In this document: positions 15,001 to 30,000 of the stretch, piece after piece
Layout of the letters: the number at the start of each line of letters is the position of its first letter
How positions within the stretch are numbered: the first letter of the stretch is position 1
DNA from: Eledone cirrhosa
Taxonomy: Eukaryota
NCBI GenBank assembly: GCA_964016885.1
Contig: OZ024740.1
Coordinates: 50,716,001-50,780,000, forward strand
Direction: 5' to 3'
DNA: 64,000 nt
Program-made: the position numbers and the translations under genes
The notes under the pieces: generated by a model
Seen by the model: the letters and a program-made list of their open reading frames with translations, nothing else
What the model was told of the DNA's origin: nothing
Databases searched by the model: none

Positions 15001-18000
15001 AAGCACCCAGTCCACACTGTAAAGTGGTCTTGTAGGTATCATTACAAAAAGCAACTAGTCCACACTGTAAAGTGATCTTCTAGGTGTCATTACAAAAAGC
15101 ACCCAGTCCACACTGTAAAGTGGTCTTGTAGGTGTCATTACAAAAAGCACCTAGTCCACACTGTAAAGTTATCTTCTAGGTGTCATTACAAAAAGCACCC
15201 AGTCCACACTGTAAAGTGGTCTTGTAGGTGTCATTACAAAAAGCACCCAGTCCACACTGTAAAGTGGTCTTGTAGGTGTCATTACAAAAAGCACCTAGTC
15301 CACACTGTAAAGTGATCTTGTAGGTGTCATTACAAAAAGCACCTAGTCCAAACTGTAAAGTGGTCTTGTAGATGTCATTACAAAAAGCACCCAGTCCAAA
15401 CTGTAAAGTGGTCGTGTAGGTGTCATTACAAAAAGCACCTAGTCCACACTGTAAAGTGATCTTGTAGGTGTCATTATAAAAAGCATCTAGTTCACATTGT
15501 AAAGTGATCTTGTAGGTGTCATTACAAAAAGCACCTAGTCCAAACTGTAAAGTGGTCTTGTAGATGTCATTACAAAAAGCACCCAGTCCACACTGTAAAG
15601 TGGTCTTGTAGGTGTCATTACAAAAAGCACACAGTCCACACTCTAAAGTGGTCTTGTAGGTGTCATTACAAAAAGCACCCAGTCCACACCGTAAAGTGGT
15701 CTTGTAGGTGTCATTACAAAAAGCACCCAGTCCAATCTGTAAAGTGGTCTTGTAGGTGTCATTACAAAAAGCACCCAGTCCAAACTGTAAAGTGGTCGTG
15801 TAGGTGTCATTACAAAAAGCACCTAGTCCACACTGTAAAGTGATCTTGTAGGTGTCATTATATAAACACCTAGTCCACACTGTAAAGTGATCTTGTAGGT
15901 GTCATTACAAAAAGCACCTAGTCCACATTGTAAAGTGATCTTGTAGGTGTCATTACAAAAAGCACCAAGTCCACACTGTTAAGTGGTCTTGTAGGTGTCA
16001 TTACAAAAAGCATCTAGTCCACACTGTAAAGTGGTCTTGTAGATATCATTACAAAAAGCACCCAGTCCAAACTGTAAAGTGATCTTGTAGGTGTCATTAC
16101 AAAAAGCACCCAGTCCACACTGTGAAGTGGTCTTGTAGGTGTCATTACAAAAAGCACCTAGTCCACACTGTAAAGTGATCTTGTAGGTGTCATTACAAAA
16201 AGCACCCAATCCACATTGTAAAGTGGTCTTCTAGGTGTCATTACAAAAAGCACCCAGTCCACACTGTAAAGTGGTCTTGTAGGTGTCATTACAAAAAGCA
16301 CCCAGTCCACACTGTAAAGTGGTCTTGTAAGTGTCATTACAAAAAGCACCTAGTCCACACTGTAAAGTGGTATTGTAGATGTCACTACAAAAAGCACCCA
16401 GTCCAAACTGTAAAGTGGTCGTTAAGGTGTGATTACAAAAAGCATCTAGTCCACATTGTAAAGTGAAATTGTAGGTGTCATTACAAAAAGAACCTAGTCC
16501 AAACTGTAAAGTGGTCTTGTAGACGTCATTACAAAAAGCACCCAGTCCACACTGTAAAGTGGTCTTGTAGGTGTCATTACAAAAAGCACCCAGTCCACAC
16601 TCTAAAGTGGTCTTGTAGGTGTCATTACAAAAAGCACCCAGTCCACACTCTAAAGTGGTCTTGTAGGTGTCATTACAAAAAGCACCTAGTCCTCACTGTA
16701 AAGTGATCTTGTAGGTGTCATTACAAAAAGCACCTAGTCCACATTGTAAACTGATCTTGTAGGTGTCATTAAAAAAAGCACCCAGTCCACACTGTAAAGT
16801 GGTCTTGTAGATGTCATTACAAAAAGCACCCAGTCCACACTGCAAAGTGGTCTTGTAGTTGTCATTACAAAAAGCACGCAGTCCACACTGGAAAGTGGTC
16901 TTGTAGGTGTCATTACAAAATGCACCTAGTCCACACTGTAAAGTGGTCTTGTAGATGTCATTACAAAAAGCATCTAGTCCACACTGCACAGTGATTTTGT
17001 AGGTGTCATTACAAAAAGCACCCAGTCCACACTGCAAAGTGGTCTTGTAGGTGTTATTACAAAAAGCACCCAGTCCACACTGTAAAGTGATCTTGTAGGT
17101 GTCATTACAAAAAGCACCAAGTCCACTCTGTTAAGTGGTCTTGTAGGTGTCATTACAAAAAGCACCCAATCCACATTGTAAAGTGGTCTTGTAGGTGCCA
17201 TTACAAAAAGCACCTAGTCCACACTGTAAAGTGATCTTCTAGGTGTCATTACAAAAAGCACCCAGTCCACACTGTAAAGTGGTCTTGTAGGTGTCATTAC
17301 AAAAAGCACCCAGTCCACACTGTAAAGTGCTCTTGTAGGTGTCATTAGAGAAAGCACCTAGTTCACACTGTAAAGTGATCTTCTAGGTGTCATTACAAAA
17401 AGCACCCAGTCCACACTGTAAAGTGGTCTTGTAGATGTCATTACAAAATGCACCTAGTCCACACTGTAAAGTGGTCTTGTAGATGTCATTACAAAATGCA
17501 CCTAATCCACACTGTAAAGTGGTTTTGTAGGTGTCATTACAAAAAGCACCCAGTCCACACTGTAAAGTGGTCTTGTAGGTGTCATTACAAAAAGCACCTA
17601 GTCCACACTGTAAAGTGATCTTCTAGGTGTCATTACAAAAAGCACCTAGTCCACACTGTAAAGTGATCTTCTAGGTGTCATTACAAAAAGCACCCAGTAC
17701 ACACTGTAAAGTGGTCTTGTAGGTGTCATTACAAAAAGCACCTAGTCCACACTGTAAAGTGATCTTCTAGGTGTCATTACAAAAAGCACCCAGTCCACAC
17801 TGTAAAGTGGTCTTGTAGGTATCATTACAAAAAGCAACTAGTCCACACTGTAAAGTGATCTTCTAGGTGTCATTACAAAAAGCACCCAGTCCACACTGTA
17901 AAGTGGTCTTGTAGGTGTCATTACAAAAAGCACCTAGTCCACACTGTAAAGTTATCTTCTAGGTGTCATTACAAAAAGCACCCAGTCCACACTGTAAAGT

Positions 18001-21000
18001 GGTCTTGTAGGTGTCATTACAAAAAGCACCCAGTCCACACTGTAAAGTGGTCTTGTAGGTGTCATTACAAAAAGCACCTAGTCCACACTGTAAAGTGATC
18101 TTGTAGGTGTCATTACAAAAAGCACCTAGTCCAAACTGTAAAGTGGTCTTGTAGATGTCATTACAAAAAGCACCCAGTCCAAACTGTAAAGTGGTCGTGT
18201 AGGTGTCATTACAAAAAGCACCTAGTCCACACTGTAAAGTGATCTTGTAGGTGTCATTATAAAAAGCATCTAGTTCACATTGTAAAGTGATCTTGTAGGT
18301 GTCATTACAAAAAGCACCTAGTCCAAACTGTAAAGTGGTCTTGTAGATGTCATTACAAAAAGCACACAGTCCACACTCTAAAGTGGTCTTGTAGGTGTCA
18401 TTACAAAAAGCACCCAGTCCACACCGTAAAGTGGTCTTGTAGGTGTCATTACAAAAAGCACCCAGTCCAATCTGTAAAGTGGTCTTGTAGGTGTCATTAC
18501 AAAAAGCACCCAGTCCAAACTGTAAAGTGGTCGTGTAGGTGTCATTACAAAAAGCACCTAGTCCACACTGTAAAGTGATCTTGTAGGTGTCATTATATAA
18601 ACACCTAGTCCACACTGTAAAGTGATCTTGTAGGTGTCATTACAAAAAGCACCTAGTCCACATTGTAAAGTGATCTTGTAGGTGTCATTACAAAAAGCAC
18701 CAAGTCCACACTGTTAAGTGGTCTTGTAGGTGTCATTACAAAAAGCATCTAGTCCACACTGTAAAGTGGTCTTGTAGATATCATTACAAAAAGCACCCAG
18801 TCCAAACTGTAAAGTGATCTTGTAGGTGTCATTACAAAAAGCACCCAGTCCACACTGTGAAGTGGTCTTGTAGGTGTCATTACAAAAAGCACCTAGTCCA
18901 CACTGTAAAGTGATCTTGTAGGTGTCATTACAAAAAGCACCCAATCCACATTGTAAAGTGGTCTTCTAGGTGTCATTACAAAAAGCACCCAGTCCACACT
19001 GTAAAGTGGTCTTGTAGGTGTCATTACAAAAAGCACCCAGTCCACACTGTAAAGTGGTCTTGTAAGTGTCATTACAAAAAGCACCTAGTCCACACTGTAA
19101 AGTGGTATTGTAGATGTCACTACAAAAAGCACCCAGTCCAAACTGTAAAGTGGTCGTTAAGGTGTGATTACAAAAAGCATCTAGTCCACATTGTAAAGTG
19201 AAATTGTAGGTGTCATTACAAAAAGAACCTAGTCCAAACTGTAAAGTGGTCTTGTAGACGTCATTACAAAACGTACCCAGTCCACACTGTAAAGTGGTCT
19301 TGTAGGTGTCATTACAAAAAGCACCCAGTCCACACTCTAAAGTGGTCTTGTAGGTGTCATTACAAAAAGCACCCAGTCCACACTCTAAAGTGGTCTTGTA
19401 GGTGTCATTACAAAAAACACCTAGTCCTCACTGTAAAGTGATCTTGTAGGTGTCATTACAAAAAGCACCTAGTCCACATTGTAAACTGATCTTGTAGGTG
19501 TCATTAAAAAAAGCACCCAGTCCACACTGTAAAGTGGTCTCGTAGGTGTCATTACAAAAAGCACCTAGTCCACACTGTAAAGTGGTCTTGTAGATGTCAT
19601 TACAAAAAGCACCCAGTCCACACTGTAAAGTGGTCTTGTAGGTATCATTACAAAAAACACCCAGTCCACACTGTAAAGTGGTCTTGTAGGTGTCATTACA
19701 AAAAGCACCCAGTCCAAACTGTTAAGTGGTCTTGTAGGTGTCATTAAAAAAAGCACCTAGTCCACACTGTAAAGTGATCTTGTAGGTGTCATTACAAAAA
19801 GCACCTAGTCCACATAGTAAAGTGATCTTGTATGTGTCATTACAAAAAGCACCTAGTCCACACTGTAAAGTGATCTTGTAGGTGTCATTACAAAAAGCAC
19901 CTAGTTCACACTATAAAGTGATCTTGTAGGTGTCATTACAAAAAGCACCTAGTCCACATTGTAAAGTGATCTTGTAGGTGTCATTACAAAAAGCACCTAC
20001 TCCACACGGTAAAGTGATCTTGTAGGTGTCATTACAAAAAGCACCCAGTCCACACTGTAAAGTGGTCTTGTAGGTGTCATTACAAAAAGCACCCAGTCCA
20101 CACTGCAAAGTGGTCTTGTAGATGTCATTACAAAAAGCACCCAGTCCACACTGCAAAGTGGTCTTGTAGGTGTCATTACAAAAAGCACCCAGTCCACACT
20201 GTAAAGTGGTCTTGTAGGTGTCATTACAAAAAGCACCCAGTCCAAACTGTAAAGTGGTTTTGTAGGTGTCATTACAAAAAGCACCTAGTCCACACTGTAA
20301 AGTGATCTTGTAGGTGTCATTACAAAAAGCACCTAGTCCACACTGTAAAGTGATCTTGTAGGTGTCATTACAAAAAGCACCTAGTCCACATAGTAAAGTG
20401 ATCTTGTATGTGTCATTACAAAAAGCACCTAGTCCACACTGTAAAGTGATCTTGTAGGTGTCATTACAAAAAGCACCTAGTTCACATTGTAAAGTGATCT
20501 TGTAGGTGTCATTACAAAAAGCACCTACTCCACACTGTAAAGTGATCTTGTAGGTGTCATTACAAAAAGCACCCAGTCCACACTGTAAAGTGGTCTTGTA
20601 GGTGTCATTACAAAAAGCACCCAGTCCACACTGCAAAGTGGTCTTGTAGATGTCATTACAAAAAGCACCCAGTCCAATCTGTAAAGTGGTCTTGTAGGTG
20701 TCATTACAAAAAGCACCCAGTCCAAACTGTAAAGTGGTCGTGTAGGTGTCATTACAAAAAGCACCTAGTCCACACTGTAAAGTGATCTTGTTGGTGTCAT
20801 TATATAAACACCTAGTCCACACTGTAAAGTGATCTTGTAGGTGTCATTACAAAAAGCACCTAGTCCACACTGTAAAGTGATCTTGTAGGTGTCATTACAA
20901 AAAGCACCCAGTCCACACTGTAAAGTGGTCTTGTAGGTGTCATTACAAAAAGCACCTGTAAAGTGATCTTCTAGGTGTCATTACAAAAAGCACCTAGTCC

Positions 21001-24000
21001 ACACTGTAAAGTGGTCTTGTAGGTGTCATTACAAAAAGCACCCAGTTAAAACTGTAAAGTGGTCGTGTAGGTGTCATTACAAAAAGCATCTAGTCCACAT
21101 TGTAAAGTAATCTTGTAGGTGTCATTACAAAAAGCACCTAGTCCAAACTGTAAAGTGGTCTTGTAGATGTCATTACAAAAAGCACCCAGTCCACACTGTA
21201 AAGTGGTCTTGTAGGTGTCATTACAAAAAGCACCCAGTCAAAACAGTAAAGTGGTCGTGTAGGTGTCATTACAAAAAGCATCTAGTCCACATTGTTAAGT
21301 GATCTTGTAGGTGTCATTACAAAAAGCACCTAGTCCAAACTGTAAAGTGGTCTTGTAGATGTCATTACAAAAAGCACCCAGTCCAAACTGTAAAGTGGTC
21401 GTGTAGGTGTCATTACAAAAAGCATCTAGTCCACATTGTTAAGTGATCTTGTAGGTGTCATTACAAAAAGCACCTAGTCCAAACTGTAAAGTGGTCTTGT
21501 AGATGTCATTACAAAAAGCACCCAGTCCAAACTGTAAAGTGGTCGTGTAGGTGTCATTACAAAAAGCACCTAGTCCACACTGTAAAGTGATCTTGTAGGT
21601 GTCATTATAAAAAGCATCTAGTTCACATTGTAAAGTGATCATGTAGGTGTCATTACAAAAAGCACCTAGTCCAAACTGTAAAGTGGTCTTGTAGATGTCA
21701 TTACAAAAAGCACCCAGTCCACACTGTAAAGTGGTCTTGTAGGTGTCATTACAAAAAGCACACAGTCCACACTCTAAAGTGGTCTTGTAGGTGTCATTAC
21801 AAAAAGCACCCAGTCCACACCGTAAAGTGGTCTTGTAGGTGTCATTACAAAAAGCACCCAGTCCAATCTGTAAAGTGGTCGTGTAGGTGTCATTACAAAA
21901 AGCACCTAGTCCACACTGTAAAGTGATCTTGTAGGTGTCATTATATAAACACCTAGTCCACACTGTAAAGTGATCTTGTAGGTGTCATTACAAAAAGCAC
22001 CTAGTCCACATTGTAAAGTGATCTTGTAGGTGTCATTACAAAAAGCACCAAGTCCACACTGTTAAGTGGTCTTGTAGGTCTCATTACAAAAAGCATCTAG
22101 TCCACACTGTAAAGTGGTCTTGTAGATATCATTACAAAAAGCACCCAGTCCAAACTGTAAAGTGATCTTGTAGGTGTCATTACAAAAAGCACCCAGTCCA
22201 CACTGTAAAGTGGTCTTGTAGGTGTCATTACAAAAAGCACCTAGTCCACACTGTAAAGTGATCTTGTAGGTGTCATTACAAAAAGCACCCAATCCACATT
22301 GTAAAGTGGTCTTCTAAGTGTCATTACAAAAAGCACCCAGTCCACAATGTAAAGTGGTCTTGTAGGTGTCATTACAAAAAGCACCCAGTCCACACTGTAA
22401 AGTGGTCTTGTAAGTGTCATTACAAAAAGCACCTAGTCCACACTGTAAAGTGGTATTGTAGATGTCACTACAAAAAGCACCCAGTCCAAACTGTAAAGTG
22501 GTCGTTAAGGTGTGATTACAAAAAGCATCTAGTCCACATTGTAAAGTGAAATTGTAGGTGTCATTACAAAAAGAACCTAGTCCAAACTGTAAAGTGGTCT
22601 TGTAGACGTCATTACAAAAAGCACCCAGTCCACACTGTAAAGTGGTCTTGTAGGTGTCATTACAAAAAGCACCCAGTCCACACTCTAAAGTGGTCTTGTA
22701 GGTGTCATTACAAAAAGCACCCAGTCCACACTCTAAAGTGGTCTTGTAGGTGTCATTACAAAAAGCACCTAGTCCTCACTGTAAAGTGATCTTGTAGGTG
22801 TCATTACAAAAAGCACCTAGTCCACATTGTAAACTGATCTTGTAGGTGTCATTAAAAAAAGCACCCAGTCCACACTGTAAAGTGGTCTCGTAGGTGTCAT
22901 TACAAAAAGCACCTAGTCCACACTGTAAAGTGGTCTTGTAGATGTCATTACGAAAAGCACCCAGTCCACACTGTAAAGTGGTCTTGTAGGTATCATTACA
23001 AAAAACACCCAGTCCACACTGTAAAGTGGTCTTGTAGGTGTCATTACAAAAAGCACCCAGTCCAAACTGTAAAGTGGTCTTGTAGGTGTCATTAAAAAAA
23101 GCACCTAGTCCACACTGTAAAGTGATCTTGTAGGTGTCATTACAAAAAGCACCTAGTCCACACTGTAAAGTGATCTTGTAGGTGTCATTACAAAAAGCAC
23201 CTAGTCCACATAGTAAAGTGATCTTGTATGTGTCATTACAAAAAGCACCTAGTCCACACTGTAAAGTGATCTTGTAGGTGTCATTACAAAAAGCACCTAG
23301 TTCACACTATAAAGTGATCTTGTAGGTGTCATTACAAAAAGCACCTAGTCCACATTGTAAAGTGATCTTGTAGGTGTCATTACAAAAAGCACCTACTCCA
23401 CACGGTAAAGTGATCTTGTAGGTGTCATTACAAAAAGCACCCAGTCCACACTGTAAAGTGGTCTTGTAGGTGTCATTACAAAAAGCACCCAGTCCACACT
23501 GCAAAGTGGTCTTGTAGATGTCATTACAAAAAGCACCCAGTCCACACTGCAAAGTGGTCTTGTAGGTGTCATTACAAAAAGCACCCAGTCCACACTGTAA
23601 AGTGGTCTTGTAGGTGTCATTACAAAAAGCACCCAGTCCAAACTGTAAAGTGGTTTTGTAGGTGTCATTACAAAAAGCACCTAGTCCACACTGTAAAGTG
23701 ATCTTGTAGGTGTCATTACAAAAAGCACCTAGTCCACACTGTAAAGTGATCTTGTAGGTGTCATTACAAAAAGCACCTAGTCCACATAGTAAAGTGATCT
23801 TGTATGTGTCATTACAAAAAGCACCTAGTCCACACTATAAAGTGATCTTGTAGGTGTCATTACAAAAAGCACCTAGTTCACATTGTAAAGTGATCTTGTA
23901 GGTGTCATTACAAAAAGCACATACTCCACACTGTAAAGTGATCTTGTAGGTGTCATTACAAAAAGCACCCAGTCCACACTGTAAAGTGGTCTTGTAGGTG

Positions 24001-27000
24001 TCATTACAAAAAGCACCCAGTCCACACTGCAAAGTGGTCTTGTAGATGTCATTACAAAAAGCACCCAGTCCACACTGCAAAGTGGTCTTGTAGGTGTCAT
24101 TACAAAAAGCACCCAGTCCACACTGTAAAGTGGTCTTGTAGGTGTCATTACAAAAAGCACCCAGTCCAAACTGTAAAGTGGTTTTGTAGGTGTCATTACA
24201 AAAAGCACCTAGTCCACACTGTAAAGTGATCTTGTAGGTGTCATTACAAAAAGCACCTAGTCCACACTGTAAAGTGATCTTGTAGGTGTCATTACAAAAA
24301 GCACTTAGTCCACATAGTAAAGTGATCTTGTATGTGTCATTACAAAAAGCACCTAGTCCACACTGTAAAGTGATCTTGTAGGTGTCATTACAAAAAGCAC
24401 CTAGTTCACATTGTAAAGTGATCTTGTAGGTGTCATTACAAAAAGCACCTACTCCACACTGTAAAGTGATCTTGTAGGTGTCATTACAAAAAGCACCCAG
24501 TCCACACTGTAAAGTGGTCTTGTAGGTGTCATTACAAAAAGCACCCAGTCCACACTGCAAAGTGGTCTTGTAGATGTCATTACAAAAAGCACCCAGTCCA
24601 ATCTGTAAAGTGGTCTTGTAGGTGTCATTACAAAAAGCACCCAGTCCAAACTGTAAAGTGGTCGTGTAGGTGTCATTACAAAAAGCACCTAGTCCACACT
24701 GTAAAGTGATCTTGTAGGTGTCATTATATAAACACCTAGTCCACACTGTAAAGTGATCTTGTAGGTGTCATTACAAAAAGCACCTAGTCCACACTGTAAA
24801 GTGATCTTGTAGGTGTCATTACAAAAAGCACCCAGTCCACACTGTAAAGTGGTCTTGTAGGTGTCATTACAAAAAGCACCTGTTAAGTGATCTTCTAGGT
24901 GTCATTACAAAAAGCACCTAGTCCACACTGTAAAGTGGTCTTGTAGGTGTCATTACAAAAAGCACCCAGTCAAAACTGTAAAGTGGTCGTGTAGGTGTCA
25001 TTACAAAAAGCATCTAGTCCACATTGTAAAGTGATCTTGTAGGTGTCATTACAAAAAGCACCTAGTCCAAACTGTAAAGTGGTCTTGTAGATGTCATTAC
25101 AAAAAGCACCCAGTCCACACTGTAAAGTGGTCTTGTAGGTGTCATTACAAAAAGCACTCAGTCAAAACTGTAAAGTGGTCGTGTAGGTGTCATTACAAAA
25201 AGCATCTAGTCCACATTGTTAAGTGATCTTGTAGGTGTCATTACAAAAAGCACCTAGTCCAAACTGTAAAGTGGTCTTGTAGATGTCATTACAAAAAGCA
25301 CCCAGTCCAAACTGTAAAGTGGTCGTGTAGGTGTCATTACAAAAAGCACCTAGTCCACACTGTAAAGTGATCTTGTAGGTGTCATTATAAAAAGCATCTA
25401 GTTCACATTGTAAAGTGATCTTGTAGGTGTCATTACAAAAAGCACCTAGTCCAAACTGTAAAGTGGTCTTGTAGATGTCATTACAAAAAGCACCCAGTCC
25501 ACACTGTAAAGTGGTCTTGTAGGTGTCATTACAAAAAGCACACAGTCCACACTCTAAAGTGGTCTTGTAGGTGTCATTACAAAAAGCACCCAGTCCACAC
25601 CGTAAAGTGGTCTTGTAGGTGTCATTACAAAAAGCACCCAGTCCAATCTGTAAAGTGGTCTTGTAGGTGTCATTACAAAAAGCACCCAGTCCAAACTGTA
25701 AAGTGGTCGTGTAGGTGTCATTACAAAAAGCACCTAGTCCACACTGTAAAGTGATCTTGTAGGTGTCATTATATAAAAACCTAGTCCACACTGTAAAGTG
25801 ATCTTGTAGGTGTCATTACAAAAAGCACCTAGTCCACATTGTAAAGTGATCTTGTAGGTGTCATTACAAAAAGCACCAAGTCCACACTGTTAAGTGGTCT
25901 TGTAGGTGTCATTACAAAAAGCATCTAGTCCACACTGTAAAGTGGTCTTGTAGATATCATTACAAAAAGCACCCAGTCCAAACTGTAAAGTGATCTTGTA
26001 GGTGTCATTACAAAAAGCACCCAGTCCACACTGTAAAGTGGTCTTGTAGGTGTCATTACAAAAAGCACCTAGTCCACACTGTAAAGTGATCTTGTAGGTG
26101 TCATTACAAAAAGCACCCAATCCACATTGTAAAGTGGTCTTCTAAGTGTCATTACAAAAAGCACCCAGTCCACAATGTAAAGTGGTCTTGTAGGTGTCAT
26201 TACAAAAAGCACCCAGTCCACACTGTAAAGTGGTCTTGTAAGTGTCATTACAAAAAGCACCTAGTCCACACTGTAAAGTGGTATTGTAGATGTCACTACA
26301 AAAAGCACCCAGTCCAAACTGTAAAGTGGTCGTTAAGGTGTGATTACAAAAAGCATCTAGTCCACATTGTAAAGTGAAATTGTAGGTGTCATTACAAAAA
26401 GAACCTAGTCCAAACTGTAAAGTGGTCTTGTAGACGTCATTACAAAAAGCACCCAGTCCACACTGTAAAGTGGTCTTGTAGGTGTCATTACAAAAAGCAC
26501 CCAGTCCACACTCTAAAGTGGTCTTGTAGGTGTCATTACAAAAAGCACCCAGTCCACACTCTAAAGTGGTCTTGTAGGTGTCATTACAAAAAGCACCTAG
26601 TCCTCACTGTAAAGTGATCTTGTAGGTGTCATTACAAAAAGCACCTAGTCCACATTGTAAACTGATCTTGTAGGTGTCATTAAAAAAAGCACCCAGTCCA
26701 CACTGTAAAGTGGTCTCGTAGGTGTCATTACAAAAAGCACCTAGTCCACACTGTAAAGTGGTCTTGTAGATGTCATTACAAAAAGCACCCAGTCCACACT
26801 GTAAAGTGGTCTTGTAGGTATCATTACAAAAAACACCCAGTCCACACTGTAAAGTGGTCTTGTAGGTGTCATTACAAAAAGCACCCAGTCCAAACTGTAA
26901 AGTGGTCTTGTAGGTGTCATTAAAAAAAGCACCTAGTCCACACTGTAAAGTGATCTTGTAGGTGTCATTACAAAAAGCACCTAGTCCACACTGTAAAGTG

Positions 27001-30000
27001 ATCTTGTAGGTGTCATTACAAAAAGCACCTAGTCCACATAGTAAAGTGATCTTGTATGTGTCATTACAAAAAGCACCTAGTCGACACTGTAAAGTGATCT
27101 TGTAGGTGTCATTACAAAAAGCACCTAGTTCACACTATAAAGTGATCTTGTAGGTGTCATTACAAAAAGCACCTAGTCCACATTGTAAAGTGATCTTGTA
27201 GGTGTCATTACAAAAAGCACCTACTCCACACGGTAAAGTGATCTTGTAGGTGTCATTACAAAAAGCACCCAGTCCACACTGTAAAGTGGTCTTGTAGGTG
27301 TCATTACAAAAAGCACCCAGTCCACACTGCAAAGTGGTCTTGTAGATGTCATTACAAAAAGCACCCAGTCCACACTGCAAAGTGGTCTTGTAGGTGTCAT
27401 TACAAAAAGCACCCAGTCCACACTGTAAAGTGGTCTTGTAGGTGTCATTACAAAAAGCACCCAGTCCAAACTGTAAAGTGGTTTTGTAGGTGTCATTACA
27501 AAAAGCACCTAGTCCACACTGTAAAGTGATCTTGTAGGTGTCATTACAAAAAGCACCTAGTCCACACTGTAAAGTGATCTTGTAGGTGTCATTACAAAAA
27601 GCACCTAGTCCACATAGTAAAGTGATCTTGTATGTGTCATTACAAAAAGCACCTAGTCCACACTGTAAAGTGATCTTGTAGGTGTCATTACAAAAAGCAC
27701 CTAGTTCACATTGTAAAGTGATCTTGTAGGTGTCATTACAAAAAGCACCTACTCCACACTGTAAAGTGATCTTGTAGGTGTCATTACAAAAAGCACCCAG
27801 TCCACACTGTAAAGTGGTCTTGTAGGTGTCATTACAAAAAGCACCCAGTCCACACTGCAAAGTGGTCTTGTAGATGTCATTACAAAAAGCACCCAGTCCA
27901 CACTGCAAAGTGGTCTTGTAGGTGTCATTACAAAAAGCACCCAGTCCACACTGTAAAGTGGTCTTGTAGGTGTCATTACAAAATGCACCTAGTCCACACT
28001 GTAAAGTGGTCTTGTAGATGTCATTACAAAAAGCACCCAGTCCACACTGCAAAGTGGTCTTGTAGGTGTCATTACAAAAAGCACCCAGTCCACACTCTAA
28101 AGTGGTCTTGTAGGTGTCATTACAAAAAGCACTCAGTCCACACTGTAAAGTGATCTTGTAGGTGTCATTACAAAAAGCACCTAGTCCACACTGTAAAGTG
28201 ATCTTGTAGGTGTCATTACAAAAAGCACCTAGTCCACATAGTAAAGTGATCTTGTAGGTGTCATTAAAAAAAGCACCCAGTCCACACTGTAAAGTGGTCT
28301 CGTAGGTGTCATTACAAAAAGCACCTAGTCCACACTGTAAAGTGGTCTTGTAGATGTCATTACAAAAAGCACCCAGTCCACACTGTAAAGTGGTCTTGTA
28401 GGTATCATTACAAAAAACACCCAGTCCACACTGTAAAGTGGTCTTGTAGGTGTCATTACAAAAAGCACCCAGTCCAAACTGTAAAGTGGTCTTGTAGGTG
28501 TCATTAAAAAAAGCACCTAGTCCACACTGTAAAGTGATCTTGTAGGTGTCATTACAAAAAGCACCTAGTCCACACTGTAAAGTGATCTTGTAGGTGTCAT
28601 TACAAAAAGCACCTAGTCCACATAGTAAAGTGATCTTGTATGTGTCATTACAAAAAGCACCTAGTCCACACTGTAAAGTGATCTTGTAGGTGTCATTACA
28701 AAAAGCACCTAGTTCACACTATAAAGTGATCTTGTAGGTGTCATTACAAAAAGCACCTAGTCCACATTGTAAAGTGATCTTGTAGGTGTCATTACAAAAA
28801 GCACCTACTCCACACGGTAAAGTGATCTTGTAGGTGTCATTACAAAAAGCACCCAGTCCACACTGTAAAGTGGTCTTGTAGGTGTCATTACAAAAAGCAC
28901 CCAGTCCACACTGCAAAGTGGTCTTGTAGATGTCATTACAAAAAGCACCCAGTCCACACTGTAAAGTGGTCTTGTAGGTGTCATTACAAAAAGCACCTAG
29001 TCCACATAGTAAAGTGATCTTGTATGTGTCATTACAAAAAGCACCTAGTCCACACTGTAAAGTGATCTTGTAGGTGTCATTACAAAAAGCACCTAGTTCA
29101 CATTGTAAAGTGATCTTGTAGGTGTCATTACAAAAAGCACCTACTCCACACTGTAAAGTGATCTTGTAGGTGTCATTACAAAAAGCACCCAGTCCACACT
29201 GTAAAGTGGTCTTGTAGGTGTCATTACAAAAAGCACCCAGTCCACACTGCAAAGTGGTCTTGTAGATGTCATTACAAAAAGCACCCAGTCCACACTGCGA
29301 AGTGGTCTTGTAGGTGTCATTACAAAAAGCACCCAGTCCACACTGTAAAGTGGTCTTGTAGGTGTCATTACAAAATGCACCAAGTCCACACTGTAAAGTG
29401 GTCTTGTAGATGTCATTACAAAAAGCACCCAGTCCACACTGCAAAGTGGTCTTGTAGTTGTCATTACAAAAAGCACCCAGTCCACACTGGAAAGTGGTCT
29501 TGTAGGTGTCATTACAAAATGCACCTAGTCCACACTGTAAAGTGGTCTTGTAGATGTCATTACAAAAAGCACCCAGTCCACACTTCAAAGTGATTTTGTA
29601 GGTGTCATTACAAAAAGCACCCAGTCCACACTGCAAAGTGGTCTTGTAGGTGTTATTACAAAAAGCACCCAGTCCACACTGTAAAGTGATCTTGTAGGTG
29701 TCATTACAAAAAGCACCAAGTCCACTCTGTTAAGTGGTCTTGTAGGTGTCATTACAAAAAGCACCCAATCCACATTGTAAAGTGGTCTTGTAGGTGCCAT
29801 TACAAAAAGCACCTAGTCCACACTGTAAAGTGATCTTCTAGGTGTCATTACAAAAAGCACCCAGTCCACACTGTAAAGTGGTCTTGTAGGTGTCATTACA
29901 AAAAGCACCCAGTCCACACTGTAAAGTGCTCTTGTAGGTGTCATTAGAGAAAGCACCTAGTTCACACTGTAAAGTGATCTTCTAGGTGTCATTACAAAAA